A DNA stretch of 64,000 nucleotides from Callorhinchus milii (GCF_018977255.1 NW_024704743.1:56484001-56548000); one strand, 5' to 3'; numbered from the stretch's first letter, positions 1 through 13,777 are shown. Notes: generated by a model not told the origin, from the letters alone. Made by a program: numbers and translations.

Positions 1-187
1 TCCTGCTCAAGAAGTAATGTTGGGGTTGACCTGATGAATTGGAAGTTGGCCATTTTTTTGTATGGGAAGCTAGCCAGCTTTCTGTGTACGTGCAGTGCAC
101 AGTGAATGCAGAAGTTATTTGATAACTGGCAATTACGTCCTGATATGAGGTGAGTTGGGATTTTATGAACCCCAAAGACTCTTAAAA

Positions 188-327
188 AATAATCCTTGCA
201 TTTGCTATAGTGTCTGTTATGTCAGGAAGATGTCTCAAAGTGTTTCAGAGGATATGCTATGAAATGGAGTGACTATATTTTTGTGGGCGAATGCAACAAT
301 CAATATCCTGTGAACAGCTATGAAGTC
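188..327 (-). mobile_element. SINE 3' fragment (Deu/L2-type tail)
   Basis: aataatccttgcatttg..atag tail shared with many copies in window. Confidence 0.75.
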
Positions 328-663
328 AATATCCTTATGTGAATATGGATAACTGAATGTAACTGGAAGGCGGTCATCTAATTGAGTTCAGGTGATGTCC
401 GTAACATGTGAGTGCAAAGCTTGAACATATTTGAACTGTATTCAGAAGATTAGATTATTACCGAGAAATTATTGAGTTTTTTTTTGCAATTAGTTATTCT
501 AAAGTTTAGAGGAAGTATTTAATCAGAATTGAGCCTGTATCTCTGCTGGCAGACTCTCAGTGTGAATATATCATCTGATATTTACATGGAACAATTAAAG
601 GTTGTGGGATCATTTACTGAACATTTATCAAACCTTAATTTACAGTTCATTGAGAAGAAATTG

Positions 664-810
664 AAGGAGTGGGGGGTAAGCAGGTCGGATGGGTAGGGAG
701 ATTCGAGGGCATGAAGGGATTTGAAAACGAGTAAGAGGATCTTGAAATCGATCCATTCGGTAATTGGGAACCAGTGGAGCCTAGCAAAGACTGGTGTTTT
801 GTGCGGGAAT
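664..810 (-). mobile_element. L2 LINE ORF2 fragment
   Basis: ARLHWFPITEWIDFKILLLVFKSLH..SPYPSDLL, L2 ORF2 C-terminal motif. Confidence 0.8.
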
Positions 811-1429
811 AAAATGTTATGGCCTTTGAATTGTTCCCAGATATCCATCAGTCCATATATAATATTGTGTTACCAGTACTGTTGCCTCCTGTTAATTGGA
901 TTCCCCATTTCTCAAATTGCACTTTTATTCTACAAATATGCTTCAAATATGGACCCACTTTAATTTGTGTTCTGAATCGTAAAACGCTAGCAGTCATGTA
1001 ATAATTTTAAAGTATCACAGTATGTACTCACCGAATCCCAGTAGTTACATGCACAATTTGATATGGTACTCAGCCAATGAAAATGGTAAAGTCCCAGACT
1101 TGATGCCTAATCTGTACCGAGTTTCTCAGCTAATGTTTTCTGAGTGTCTCTGGGACAGTAAGGTGGGGGACAACAGACAAAGGTTTCTGCTGGAAAGTAT
1201 CTTGCATACCTTTGAGGTGAAGACAGGATTGGGCTTGCTTGCTATGCCCACATGCTTGAACTGTTTTGGTTAGTGTTTGAATTGCAGTGCTGCAGATCCA
1301 AAGAGGTCTTCCTTCCAAATTGCATTGCCTCTCCATGGTGAATCATCTTTTTCCCCCAACCCCTTTCACTCTGCATTATGGCACTTTGCATCACTAAAGT
1401 AGTGTACCACCCAAAAGATTCATTTGTGT

Positions 1430-1684
1430 TCTTTCTGCTTCAGGTCCCCTGCACTTCCCACCCCACCATTCGCGGTCGGGCATTCAGCATCACTGTGGAA
1501 ACTCTATCCCGGAATCCCTCCGTCTCTCCCCTCTCTTCGATCGTGCTTTCGGTCATCTTCCCAGCGCAGCCCCCTCCCTCCTCCCCTTCTGACCCCAACT
1601 CGAGTCCAAAATCCCTGATTGTATAGCGCCCTGGGACGTCTTTTCGACATGAAGGGCACTATGCAAGTGTAATTTATTGTTGTT
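1430..1684 (+). mobile_element. L2 LINE 3' end
   Basis: PTIRGRAFS motif, 3' UTR and gggacgtc..gaagggcactat..(TTG)n tail. Confidence 0.8.
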
Positions 1685-2168
1685 CTCTAAAGATGAAGCT
1701 TTATGAATTGTCTTGTAAGATGCCAGTGATGTGATGATGGCAGATGCTGATAGTAGCGATCTTTACCTGTTTATAATTCTGCTGTACATTTAACCCTAGG
1801 ATCAACCACAGAGATTAGATTTTTAGAACCAACTGTTCCGTGAACTGAATTCTTTCCTTTAAGATGAGATTAAACAATGAGCAAACCTAGAAAGCAACAG
1901 TGTTAAGTTTACTCACTTTTAAAGCTGTATAGATTGCAGGTCCTAGTATTTTGCTAACAAAAAAAAGGGTACTCTACTCTTACATGACTCTTGTTCACAG
2001 TGACTGAAGTGTTGGCCTGTATTTTATATTCAGAGTACAAGTTCTGTTCCGTACAGTAATTGGGACATCCACTATGGCGTCCACTTTGCTGGGGCTCTCA
2101 GAGATGCCTTAATAAGAGGGTAAGATGTGCTTCATTCTTAACTGTGCTTTCCTGCTTCATGTCAACAG

Positions 2169-2416
2169 ATTCCGGCGCCAGCTCTCGGAGCCATGCCATT
2201 CATTCCCTCCTCCTCATGGACTGCCAAGGGAGGGCCGTCCAATGTACCAGCGGCAGATGTCCGAGCCCAATATTCCCTTCCCCCCTCAGGGCTTCAAACA
2301 GGAGTACCATGATCCTGTCTATGAACACGCCGCTATGATCGGTGGCCCGACCAACCAGAGTTTCCCGCAGCCGATGATGATTAAGCAGGAGCCACGGGAC
2401 TATGCCTATGATTCAG
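2169..2416 (+). CDS. ETV1: ETV1 internal coding exon (248 nt; gene 5' part lies upstream of window)
   Basis: cag acceptor 2166-2168, G|GTTGGT donor; encodes FRRQLSEPC...[27 protein letters not shown]...[12 protein letters not shown], close to vertebrate ETV1. Confidence 0.95.
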
Positions 2417-4361
2417 GTTGGTAGTGTTGCAGAACAAATGCAGAACATAGGATCCCATAGTAGCATTAGGGCATGAGCGGGGAGGAAGGGGAGCCCTCAG
2501 CTAGAGTTTATTGAACAACTGGCTGCTACTGTTACACATAAGGGATTGTTACCAGTCGTTTTCGGTCCCAGTGGAGCCTCAGCCTAAATCCATTATCTTG
2601 ATGTGTTAACATTAGAAAAGTGCTCTGGCCTCGCATTTCTGCTCCTCCCTGTGCAGAAATGGCCAGAGATAGTGTGGTTATCAAAGCTAAATCCATTCAT
2701 CAGCAGACTGTTTGTGGCTGTTATAGAGCTGCTGGAAGGAGTGGCTAACTCTTAATGTGACCAGGGAGTTGATTTCTACTAGTGCTGGCTGAATTCAGCT
2801 CTCCATTGAAGTCTTATTTTAAAAAGCGGAACCGTCCAAAGAAAATCCCCCGTCAACATGTGTGTGTGTCTTCACTGAAGGTTAAAAGTTTCATGGTATA
2901 AAGAGAATCTCAACGATGGGTAAATGATTATATCACCAGGTCATATAGAGGGAGGGTTGCACTTTTACTTTGTGACGGTGCTATGGTAGCTGATTTTAGC
3001 TGGGAGTGTTTGGAACATTGTAATTAACCTCAGTGCCTCTAAGTTAAAGAGAACATCAGATAGAATTCCCACTCCTGATCACTAGTGGATGGTGTGTGGA
3101 TGTTTGGTGAGGTGAGGACCAGCTTGGCTTTGATTTCCCCCCCCATGCCACCCGAGTAATAAGTTACTTAGATGAGTTATTGGAGGGTGGCTGTCACAAG
3201 TTGGGTGCCTTCGTAAGAGGAGAAGAATAGGATAGGTGTAAAATTATACAAAGTGTACATCCTTTTTAAAAATCAAAACATTAAAATTGTTTATTTCTGT
3301 GAATTGCTTATTTAACATAGAATGCTGGCAACCTGCACCCAATGAGTTACTGAATGCATCTTGACAGATGTCAATTCAGCTCCCTCTCTCTGACCGTTGG
3401 ATTCAGGAGTTCACTTGCTAAGCCACTTCTCAGTGGCACTTTGGTAACCTCACGCCTCCCCAATAGTGGTAACATTTTTGCTTTTTTCACGAACCTTTGA
3501 CCATCATCAGAGTCTTGCTTTGACTGAGACCCTTGGCTGGGAGGAATGTGTGAAATGTGTTAAATTTCATATGATCAGTGTTTTATATGAATTTAAACTG
3601 CAAAAAGAATGTACACACAGAAAGTAATGCAATAGGCTGTAGGACCATAATACAATGATCAGATGACAAAATGGTTGTGGACTGGACAGCCTTCCCCAAA
3701 CCCTAATGGTAGCATTAGACAATGAGACAAGATTCAGCCAGTGCCAGTTCTTTCATTAGCTGTTACGAAGGGATCTAGCAATTTGTTTGATCTGCTACAA
3801 GTGACTCGGATATCAAGCATTACTGGCAATAAAGGCTACTTTTATAAAAATAAGCTTACCTTCACAGCAGTTAAAAGAGGATTTGTCTCTGTATAAGCAC
3901 ATATTAAACTTTAACACTAATTTGCATAGTTCTGAAAATCCTCACAGCGGTGGATAGTTCTGAAGGTAAGTGGAACACTTTAAGCAAACATTACCAGGCA
4001 CTATATCTATCCATTTTTGCAGTTGAGTGCCAAATTCATAATTTCACAAGAAAGTGTTTGAAGCAACAATTAAATTAGTTAAAAGCTGTCCTTCAAAATA
4101 GTGCACTTCTTTTCATTTTTGTGCATTTATAAACCACATTTTGCACATGTTTCTGAAAAGGGCAGGCTTTATCTAAAGTGGTGTTATTTAAACCTCTGTT
4201 TATCTTTGTTTGTAGTGCAATTGACAGGCTATATGTGTTGTTGCATATTTGCAGGGATATTCTGCTAACTGAAGGGAACTATAAATACAAGTTGCTGTTG
4301 TTACTGCAAATTCACAGAATTCCACTTCGCAGAATTGTATTTCTAAGAGTAGTGATTATGT

Positions 4362-4663
4362 ATTTGTAGGCAAACACAACAATGCCTCACAAACAGCCAT
4401 GAAGTGAATGACCAGGTTTATCTGGGGGAATGTTGGCAAGGACACCAGGAGAAACTCCCTTCTCTATTTGAATATGACATGAGATATTTAATATCTGCCT
4501 GAACAGGCTTATTGTCTCAGAAAGACAGCATCTCTGGCAAGGCAACACACCCAACATTGCACTTGAGTAGCAACCTAAACTCTGAGCTCCCAGTCCCAAC
4601 ATGGGCTTGAACCCACAATCCTCTGATTCAGAGGCAAGAGTGCTATAAACTGAATCAGACTGA
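4362..4663 (-). mobile_element. DeuSINE (SacSINE1-like)
   Basis: tRNA-like head plus Deu-type body (gttcaggcag..ggagtttctcctggtgtccttgccaac..gctgtttgtg on minus). Confidence 0.75.
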
Positions 4664-6834
4664 CGTCTCAAATATGCATTTGTTAACTTTGTCAAAAACA
4701 GCCAAAATATAGCAGATTTGATATCTCCACAAAACCATGTTTAATCTGATTTATATCAGTATATATTTTAAAAAGACGCAATGAAGCAATTGTGATGCTC
4801 CTCTGATGATTTATTGGTAAAGGCATTACTGATAAGGCACCAGATCATGGAAATTTTAGAACCGTAGAAATTTACAACACAGAAGAAGGCCATTCAGCCA
4901 TCGTCTCGCTTGCGAGGCGAGCGTGCTAACTGCTGCACTGCAGGATTCCACTGATCTCATTATCAAATATTTCACTGATCTCATTATCTTGGTGAGTCAG
5001 ATGATCAACTTGATGCCTGCTTACACCAAAGATTGTACTTTGCCCTCAGGTGCCATGCTGTGCTCTGTGTCAGCCCAAAAATGCAAGCACCAAAGTCGGG
5101 AAGTGTACACACGTCACAGGGCGCTGTAATTGTACCAGCTCAGGGAGAAAGATAAAAAAGATCAAGTGAGTCCCAGTGTGGGTACTCCTATTTGGGTCAC
5201 ATTTAATCTTCGTGTTTCAAAATAATTAGGCTTGAAAGCCAAAGTAGTGTTAGTATTGCTGATATGTAAGGCACTTATGTAACTTCTTAGTATATTTTCC
5301 TGGAATTTTGTTGCATTCCTGAGAACTGCATCTTTCTAACCCCTTTGAAGTACCTGTGTAATGAGGAATTTATTGTAGGAAGTATACTCTCAAGTTTAAT
5401 ACACATGTAGATACGTACGTCTGTACATGTTTTTTTTATGCTATCATCCTAACTGCTCTGGTGTCACTGAATTGTAGGGTGATTGCACAGCATTTTGATT
5501 TGAGAACATGTTTGACATTGTAATCCGGATTTATTCTCCAGTTCCAGTGTTATGGGGTCAAATGGACACTGGCTGGCTTCCTAAACCAGTAATGGAAGGC
5601 TGAAGCACGCATTAGACCAATCATGCCAGCACTACTCAAGAGTGATTGATTCAATCTATCCCTTTGGGGCGTCGTCACAGAAACTCAGCTCCGGCATGAA
5701 TGGAGCTTAGCAGCATTGAGTTTCATTCATAAAATGGAGGGAAGGGAAAAACTAGAATTCCCAGTTAGATTGGGCAGGGTGTGCAATTCTAGCAGCTGCT
5801 TCCTTTGCCAGATTACTTGATATGATCATTACTGCAACATGCATGCCCAGTGTAAACTGACACCATTCCCCTGCCTTTGTGCATAGCTAAAGCCTGCTGA
5901 ATGAAGACGTCCCATTCACATTGTGAGGAGCTAACAGGAACTGGCTGGTCTGAATTCCATTCAAATATTTCTCCGAGCCACACCATTCTTCTGTAGGTTT
6001 CAGATTTCTCAGCCGAGCAACATTGAGGGAACAAGAGCAACCTCACATGGCAATGCAGGGAACTCTTTTACAAGTTGTCCACATAGAGATATTCAAGCTC
6101 CTTAAACAGCACCTTCCTAACAACACAACATTGCACACATATACATAGTGCCATTAAGTGCACTATATTATACTTCACGTTATTATAACCTCGTCTCTCC
6201 CTGTTTGAGCATCTCACCTTTCCCTTCATAAGAAAAAAATCATCAGATTTTATTGGCTGCAAAAACGTTCAGCAAAAAAAGCCTGTTGGTCTGCAGAAGA
6301 CAGTAGGACCAGTGCCTTGAGACGTCCTCCCAACGTGAAAGGCGCATACAAATGTAATTTTGTTGTTGTTGTAGGACAGACACAGGGACTGTTTTCTTGG
6401 TCTGAATAGTTTTGACAGGAACAGACTCCTTGACTGAGGAGGTCATGTCCTCTCAGGCCCATTTCTTCCTCTGTATTGTGGGGGAGAGGGGGAAAAGCAC
6501 ACACAGTATTGATCCCTCCAGTTTATGCCCCAGTTTCACTTTGCTGCTCTTGTCATTTTGCTGTTAAATTTTGTGCCCCCAGTCATCAACCTTACACCAA
6601 TTTTACTACTTAACTCATAAAGGTACACATACTTTCAAAGGCTTTTAATAGGGCCTCCTCAATGTTTGCTAGTTGTTAGCTTTATTATTGGGCATTAAAG
6701 ACCTCCAGTAAAAGTGCTTTGTCTTGTTACCTGATCTCAGTCAGGGTAGCAGTGAAGGTAACAGCTATAGTGGTCTGAGTATCCCTGGGCTTTTGGTGGG
6801 GAAATCAGATGATTATAGTCCATCCCCATTCAAT

Positions 6835-7250
6835 GACAACAGAAAGTTAGCACTTTCACGTTGGGACAATGTCTCAAAGTGCAGAAGCCTGAACTGCGAA
6901 GGAGCTGGGGAGGGGGAAGAGGTGCCCGAAAGCACAGCCAAAGAGGTAGGTTTTCAGGTGGGATTTGAAAGAAGATTTAATTGAGGCAGAGGGACTCCGA
7001 GAGAGAGTTCCAAAAGGAGGGGGCAAAGTGGCCGAAGGCTCATCTGCCAATAGTAAGGTGAAATAGACAGAGTGCATGAAGCAGGCTGGAGTCGGCAGCG
7101 CGGTGGGAGTGGCAGGTAGTTACAGGAAATCTCACAGTTAGGATGGTGCAAGGCCGTGGAGGACTTTGAAGGTGAGGATGAGGTTACATTTAAACAGCTG
7201 TGGAATAGGGAGCCAGTTGAGGATAGGGGCTAGCAGACCCTGGTGCAGGA
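6835..7250 (-). mobile_element. L2 LINE 3' end
   Basis: SSFKSHLKTYLF motif and L2 tail on minus strand. Confidence 0.8.
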
Positions 7251-8964
7251 GAAGTTACTGGATTCACTACTGTTTGTTTTACTCAGTTGGGGATGTAACA
7301 CATGTGGAAACCCATCACCATACTCCAAACTAAATAGGAAGCATATATATGTGGATCACTCAGTATTTTGGTTTGAGCTGATCAAAATCAAAGCAAATTA
7401 TTGAGCGTTCTACCTACATGTGGTTTCCATTTGTCTAATTTGGAGTCTGCACTCTTTCCCCAGAGGGATGCCTCCTGCTTAAACTAATCCCAGAGAATTT
7501 AGGTGCAGATCATCTCACCAGACAGTGGCACCATTTTGAAAACAAACAAGGGAAGTAGAGGTCAATCAGACTGAAAGGAGTGCTCTTAAAATAGTCAGTG
7601 CAGAGACGGAAGGCCAAAAAGTCTTCTGTGTGCTAAATTTCTCGACTTGATAAGGCGCAAGGATTATTATGGTTCTATTCTCGCTGGGAAAAAAATATTC
7701 ATCATCAACAGGACAAAATGTAGAGATCCCTGGCTAGTTTTACAGGCTCACTTGATACCTTCCTGCTTTTTATAGCCTAGTACCACACCATTTATCCATT
7801 CAGGCATTGGAGGCGCTGACATGTTTTTTAAAGAAAAAAATGAGATTCGGTTAGAAAAATGGACAGAAATCAAGCTCTGAAATAGAACTTCGATAAGGGA
7901 GCATGCTGAGAGGTCTCAATTGCCTTTGATAGTTGCTCTGTCCTTATGCGCTTATTTTAACATCCAAAAAAATCATATCTGCCACATTGCATACTGTACT
8001 TTGTATACTTTCAGATTTCAATGTTTTTGTCCTGGTAACAGGGTGTGTCACTGCGTGCCAGTGCAGTATTAAGAGGTGACTAAATGCTGAGAGCAAGTAG
8101 AATCCATACTGTTTAGAGAAGGCTTTAGAGTCTGAATTTAATTTTTCACTGCATAGCCATTCCTTGCATGGTTTTGCACACACACTGAAGGCCTCTGAGT
8201 ACAGCATTTAGCGTAATTTATTACTGTAAATGCTAAATCACATATGTTTGCCTATTATTAGATCTGGACAAAATAGAGATGCCAGGCAATTTAATTAGAA
8301 GTAATGTTATTAGGTCAGCCATTACTTTGATGAAGTTCAGAATGACACTGATGTTCCAAATTAACCATGTTACTTATTTTATTGGATAATCATTTGTGGA
8401 GATGTTTTTTCAAATTTAATTGTACTTGCCATCTATGCACTAGTTATAAATATTAGAACAGTGATATATTGGGGTTATTATATTTTACTAAGCTTCTAAA
8501 AGGGATGTTCTTTTTTGGTGGGGCAATATTTCATTATGCTATTTTTTTAAACAAAAAGAATACCATAGACTTTAACTGGGGAGACCTGTAACGCGGGCTT
8601 AAAACTCATGATTTGGAGCCTGAGGGTCACTGAGAGCACAGAAAGGCTTAATTATTCTGGGAGGATGAGGCAAGTCACAGATTTCCTTATGCCTGGTGTG
8701 AGCACCTAACAAATGGGCAAAGTGCGTAAAGTGACGCACATCAAATCATAGCTGTCTGTTTCTGTAAATATCCATGACTTTTCTCAAGCCTCAGAATAGG
8801 ACATAAAGCAAACCTAATTGTAGGGTCTAATTTTCAATCTAATTTTACATGAAATCAACATATTCGTCAACAGTTTGAAGCAATGGAAAGGACGCGTCAG
8901 TCAGTTCCATATGTTTTCAGTGTTCTCACTGATTTTGCCCCTAGAACTAAAAGTCTTCTCTCCT

Positions 8965-9150
8965 CAGTCTGCCTGTCTCTGCATGTTTATCTCTGTGTGT
9001 CTGTCTTTCTATCTACTTGTCTATCTATCTTTTTGTCTAACTCTGTCAGTCTGCTAGTCTCTGTCTGTCTGTGTCTTTCTGTCTCTGACTGTCTTTCACT
9101 TTATCTGTTTATCTGTCTGTTTGTCTAGTTATTTGTTTCTCTGTCGTTCT
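8965..9150 (+). repeat. Degenerate (TCTG/TCTA)n microsatellite
   Basis: pyrimidine-rich tetranucleotide tract. Confidence 0.85.
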
Positions 9151-9159
9151 CTAAAGTTC

Positions 9160-9790
9160 TTCTCTGATGCTTTACTCCTGCTGCCGAGACTCTGATCCAC
9201 GTTTTCATTACGTCGCGGCTTGACTACATCAACTGCCTGCTTGCTGGACTTCCCAATTCTTCTCTCCACAAGCTGCAAATTATTCAAAACTCTACAACTT
9301 GTGTCCTTTCCCGCACCAGGCTCCGCGAATCTATCACCCCCATTCTTGTCTGGCTTCACTGGCTCCCCATCTCACAGAGAATTTAGTACAAAACCCTTGT
9401 TCTCACCTTCAAAGCCCTCCACGGTCTTGCTCCCCACTACATCTCCGACCTCCTAACCCCATATAAGCCTGTCCACTCCCTCCATTTGGCAGACACCAGC
9501 CTGCTTCAGGTCCCCGACACTTCCCGCCCCACCATTGGCAATCGGGCATTCAGCATCTCTACCACCACTCTCTGGGACTCTATCCTGCAATCTGTCCGCC
9601 TCACCTCCTCTCTTGCCTCCTTCAAGTCCCATCTAAAGATCTATCTTTTCGACCGTGCCTTCGGCGACCCTCCCACCCCCACCCCTCCTGATCCCAATTC
9701 CCAGCTCAGTTCCAAAAAACCCTGACTGCCCAGCGCTCTGGGATGTCTTTCCGAAGTGAAGGGTGCTATACAAGTGTAATTTGTTGTTGC
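9160..9790 (+). mobile_element. L2 LINE 3' end (~630 bp)
   Basis: AETLIHVFITSRLDY..LHWLP..PTIGNRAFS..FKSHLKIYLF plus tail ending (TTG)n then (CTG)n. Confidence 0.88.
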
Positions 9791-9898
9791 TGCTGCTGCT
9801 GCTGCCAGTCCATGATCTGTTCCTGTTGCTCTGGTGGTACTGACAAGCAGTTGCTCCTGCCACCCTTCTCACTTACGCTGTCTTGCTGCTTTTTTCAG

Positions 9899-9967
9899 AA
9901 GTGCCTAGCTGCCCTTCCATGTACTTGAGGCAAGAGGGTTTCCTGACTTACTCCAACACAACAGAAG
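9899..9967 (+). CDS. ETV1: ETV1 69-nt phase1-1 coding exon with non-canonical TT donor
   Basis: polypyrimidine + tttcag acceptor; encodes (E)VPSCPSMYLRQEGFLTYSNTTE(G), homologous to ETV1 EVPSCHSIYMRQEGFLAHPSRTEG; followed by TTGAGT. Confidence 0.9.
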
Positions 9968-10107
9968 TTGAGTTTTTAATTCTTCTCAATGTATTGCTTT
10001 GTGTCGATCTTTAAAACCTCACACAGATATTTTGATGTATTTCTTATCAGATTGAAGTGTTGGAAAGAGGTTAGCTGCATTGTTCCCCATCTCTCTTTAG
10101 ATTATTT

Positions 10108-10345
10108 CAGCACCTTGGGACATCCTCCCGACGTGAAAGTTGCTCTATAAATGTAATTTTGTTGTTGTTGTTGATTATATCAGTCATTCAACTCATAGCT
10201 GTTTGTGGGATAGTCTGAGCACAATTTGTCTGGCGGGTTCACCTACAAATATACACTGTCACAAAACTTCACAGTAAAATCACTTTGAGACTATCGACAA
10301 AGTGGCACTATATCAAATGCAAGGACTATCAAATCAAGGATTATT
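10108..10345 (+). mobile_element. Short L2 tail followed by SINE 3' fragment
   Basis: ttgggacatcctcccgacgtgaaag..(TTG)n then gctgtttgtggg..tatatcaaatgcaagg. Confidence 0.7.
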
Positions 10346-11369
10346 ATCAATGAATATCATTGTTAGTCCCTCTCCTATACACACACATAGTTTAAAATCT
10401 TTCTTTGTTGGGGAAGAGCAATCTGATGTCAGGCCTCTGCTGATAATATTGTATAACCATCCACTATGAAATCAATCATAGGGTGACTCTAATTTCCCCT
10501 CCCTCCTCATACTCTGACATCCCACAACAACAACAAATTGGATTTATATAACAGTGTTACGAGTGGTTACTAAGCTGCATCCATCGTTAACAATGCAATT
10601 TTAATTCTGAACAAATAATTCCCATACTTTTAATATGACTTGGATTTCAGTGGTGACTGTTTGATAGTACAGGCATGATAGATCATGATAGTCTACAGTG
10701 CTGTGTTCTCTATAATAAATTCCAAATCATACTATAGTTTGCATATGGTTTGTTGGTCTAAAAGTGATAAATAACAATTAATCCAGTTGTATGATAATTT
10801 TCTAATCAATTTGACTTAAGTCTGTTTCCTGGTGCTTAGTGCCTTTCTACCTCAGAATAATTCTCCCAGCACCTCCCCAGAGGACACCAGTTGATAGCCA
10901 TGTGGTAATACAGCTTCAAACATGCTACCTGAATACTGGCATTGAACTAGGTCTAGATCATTCCTTGAATTCAGCAGGTCCTTTAGCAGCTTTCAAATTA
11001 CCCTTTACAATCATATAATCTCTGAGGCTCGATGCTTAAATGCTGCTACCATTGTGTTACACACCAGAAATAGGGAAATCTATATCGCTATCAACTTGTT
11101 CTCAATACAGGCACAGGTCCACTTATACCACGGATAAACCATGATGGACATGCTCACGAGAGGGGTTGCTGGCTTCCTGTGTGCTGGAAGATAACTTTAT
11201 CCCCATTCTTACAGGAGTTCTGTGGACCTCCCAATGCCTCATCCAACTCCAATAGTCATTGTTTTCATCTGTGAGCATATCCGGCAAGTGTCAGACTGTT
11301 AGCAGGTTAGGCAACCACAGCGGATTAGGGTCACCGTGGCTGCCCTCACCTGCCTAAGCTTACAAAGGA

Positions 11370-11700
11370 TTAGAAATTGGTTCACATTGAAGGCCCATTT
11401 GATCTTATTCTTCCCAAATACCACTGTATCATCCTCCTATTGCCGTTTCTTGAATGAGTCTAGTGTCCTGGCTTCAACAACCTTTCCTGACAATGTGATT
11501 CAATTGTTAATTACACTCTGGGTAAATAAATACTTCCTGGTCTCTGGCATGAACCTGCTCTTTGCAACTCTTAGCCCTCTTGTTCTGTTGCCCTGGCACA
11601 TATGAAAGTATTGTACTGGGTTTACTTCTTCAATTCCATTTAAAATCTTAAATACTGTATAAAGTCTTGTCTCAGATGTCTCTTTTCAAGTACGAAAACT
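11370..11700 (-). mobile_element. CR1 LINE 3' fragment
   Basis: minus strand resembles CR1 ORF2 end (RKYLFTQSV..W..L). Confidence 0.6.
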
Positions 11701-12469
11701 TCTAGTAAGAATCACTGGATAGTCAGCGGAAGCAGGAAGCCTGGCTGATTTCATGGGATTTCTTAATCAAAAATTCCAGAAGTGAATCCCTTCAGGTAAC
11801 CAAACACATTTGATGTAAATGGTGCCAGCTCAAGAAAAAACACTCCAAAATCGATTAGGTTGGAGCAGCATTCCTGGGTTTCTCTTACATATTTCTGGAT
11901 TTCTTATTTAGGAAATCCCATTAAATGCACTGAAAAATTCACTGCTGCGTTTTAAATACTGATGCCCCAGAAATGAAGAGTACAACATTATCAGAGCTGG
12001 ACTCAAGGACATTCCTTTATTTATACTGAAACTGTGTGTTACTGTGGGAACAATGTATGCAAAAAAAAATACATTTAGGAAGTAGTTCCAAGAAATCTAT
12101 ATTTGTTCTTTCTTCTGAAACCGTGTTCCACTTAACTCCTCACTGGGATCTATTATACATGGTGTATAATAGACATATCATTATGCACCATGTGTAAATC
12201 AAGTGTTTATACATTATGAAAAGAAAATTGTAGTGTTCTTAATTCAGGAATCAACAAGGTGTCAGCCACCTAATTAGGTGCCGGCCTGTCTCAGTTGGTA
12301 GCATCCTGAGTCAGAAGGTTCTCCTGGTGAGATCCACTATCCAAAATCCAAGAATTGTTATTAAAAAGAGTGAGAAGAATTGGTGTAATAAATCCTATTC
12401 ATTGGTTCTTAATGCAATGAATAAGATAATTAACTCTTTGTTTACTGTAATTCACTCTGTAAACTTTGT

Positions 12470-13010
12470 TTGGCATTTATTACATCCATCATATTAGTCT
12501 GGGTGTTTGCTCCTCCAATGAATCCATCTACTCCTAATCCCAATTTCCTGCTGTTTCCCCATACCCACTAACAACTTTCACCCACATATGAGTTTAAAGT
12601 TCTCCAATTCAGTCTGCTCCAATAGTTATCCCTGGTTATTCATTCCACACTCGAATAACCCTCTGGGAGAATAATAATCCTAATCATAATATTAAATTAA
12701 TGTCCGCTTGCCCTGGAATCACTTGCCATCTGAAATAGTTCCTCACCATTTATTCTCTCAAACCTTTTTATTATCGTGAACAGCTATATCATATCACCTG
12801 TTAATCTCTGCTCCAATGATAAGACTGATAAACTCACCAGTTTCTCCTTATAGCTATATGTCCTCACCTCCAGCGACATCTTTGTGAATCTGCACTGTAC
12901 ACCTCCCCATAGCTCTGATGCCCTTGCTATAGTGTGGTTCCCAAAACTGCACCTAATATTTCAGCTGTAGCCTAGCCAATATCTTAGAAAGATTCATCAT
13001 CACTTCCTTA
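12470..13010 (-). mobile_element. CR1 LINE 3' fragment
   Basis: minus strand VQFWEPHY..I..VQ.RFT.M-like CR1 motif and CR1 3' UTR. Confidence 0.65.
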
Positions 13011-13777
13011 CTTTGCAGTGGTGCACAACTTACATATATTTACACATGACACATAATAAACCCCACTGTTAAAGTAAATGGGATTCAAACAGTTATAGAA
13101 GTTGAAATTGCACTGCATAAAATCAGTGAATTCTTTCCGATCCAAATACTGTATCAAACTTGCAGCATTCCCAGCACAAGCCTTTAGAATACATCATTCT
13201 TGAATCTATTAACACGGAAATGTATTTTAGAATTGGCTATAAAAAAATAGGGCTTCTAATCTCATTCAGAAATGAAATTTATTTCTACAAAAGTTCTTTG
13301 CAGACATTATTGAGTGAAAATGTAATCTGTATCAGAGGACCACATTTGGCTAAATTGTTTCTTTTGTTGAATTTACCTTTGTGAAGTTCATTTTTATTTC
13401 TGCAAGTGAAGAGAATTGTTGAAATTGCCAGAACATCTATTCATGCCTTTATCGTGCTTCATATTTTTATCTATTTGAAACCTTTTTATAGCCCTCCCGT
13501 CAATGGCTCAGTTGCTGAGTACAATGCCCAGTATGTAACTAAGCATAGACCATGAAAGTCCCAGGTTCAATCCCTCTCTATGGTGAATTAGTTAATCTAA
13601 CCTGAGAAGGGGATAATGCCTCAATGTATCCTGAGTTAGAAAATAGAAATATCAGACAAGATTCCTTATGCAAACCACTTCTGCTGATCCCGGTATTCAG
13701 CTGGATCTCCGCTGACCTTATTTGGGTAGCGAAGATCCCCAAATCAATTTCTATCAACATTTTGCAAAGTTAATAAG

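Noticed and set aside
2034..2168. Alternative upstream acceptor (cag 2031-2033), GTAAGA donor at 2120 and in-frame ATG at 2125
   Set aside because: The extension meets TAA TAA at 2110, the implied intron would be only 49 nt, and the peptide is not ETV1-like
4950..4988. 16-bp direct repeat cactgatctcattatc (similar micro-duplications at ~38203 and ~59487)
   Set aside because: Ordinary local slippage or repair duplications with no evidence of function
9967..9968. Canonical GT one base earlier as the exon donor
   Set aside because: Gives a 68-nt exon and frameshifts the ETS domain, with a poor +3..+6 match
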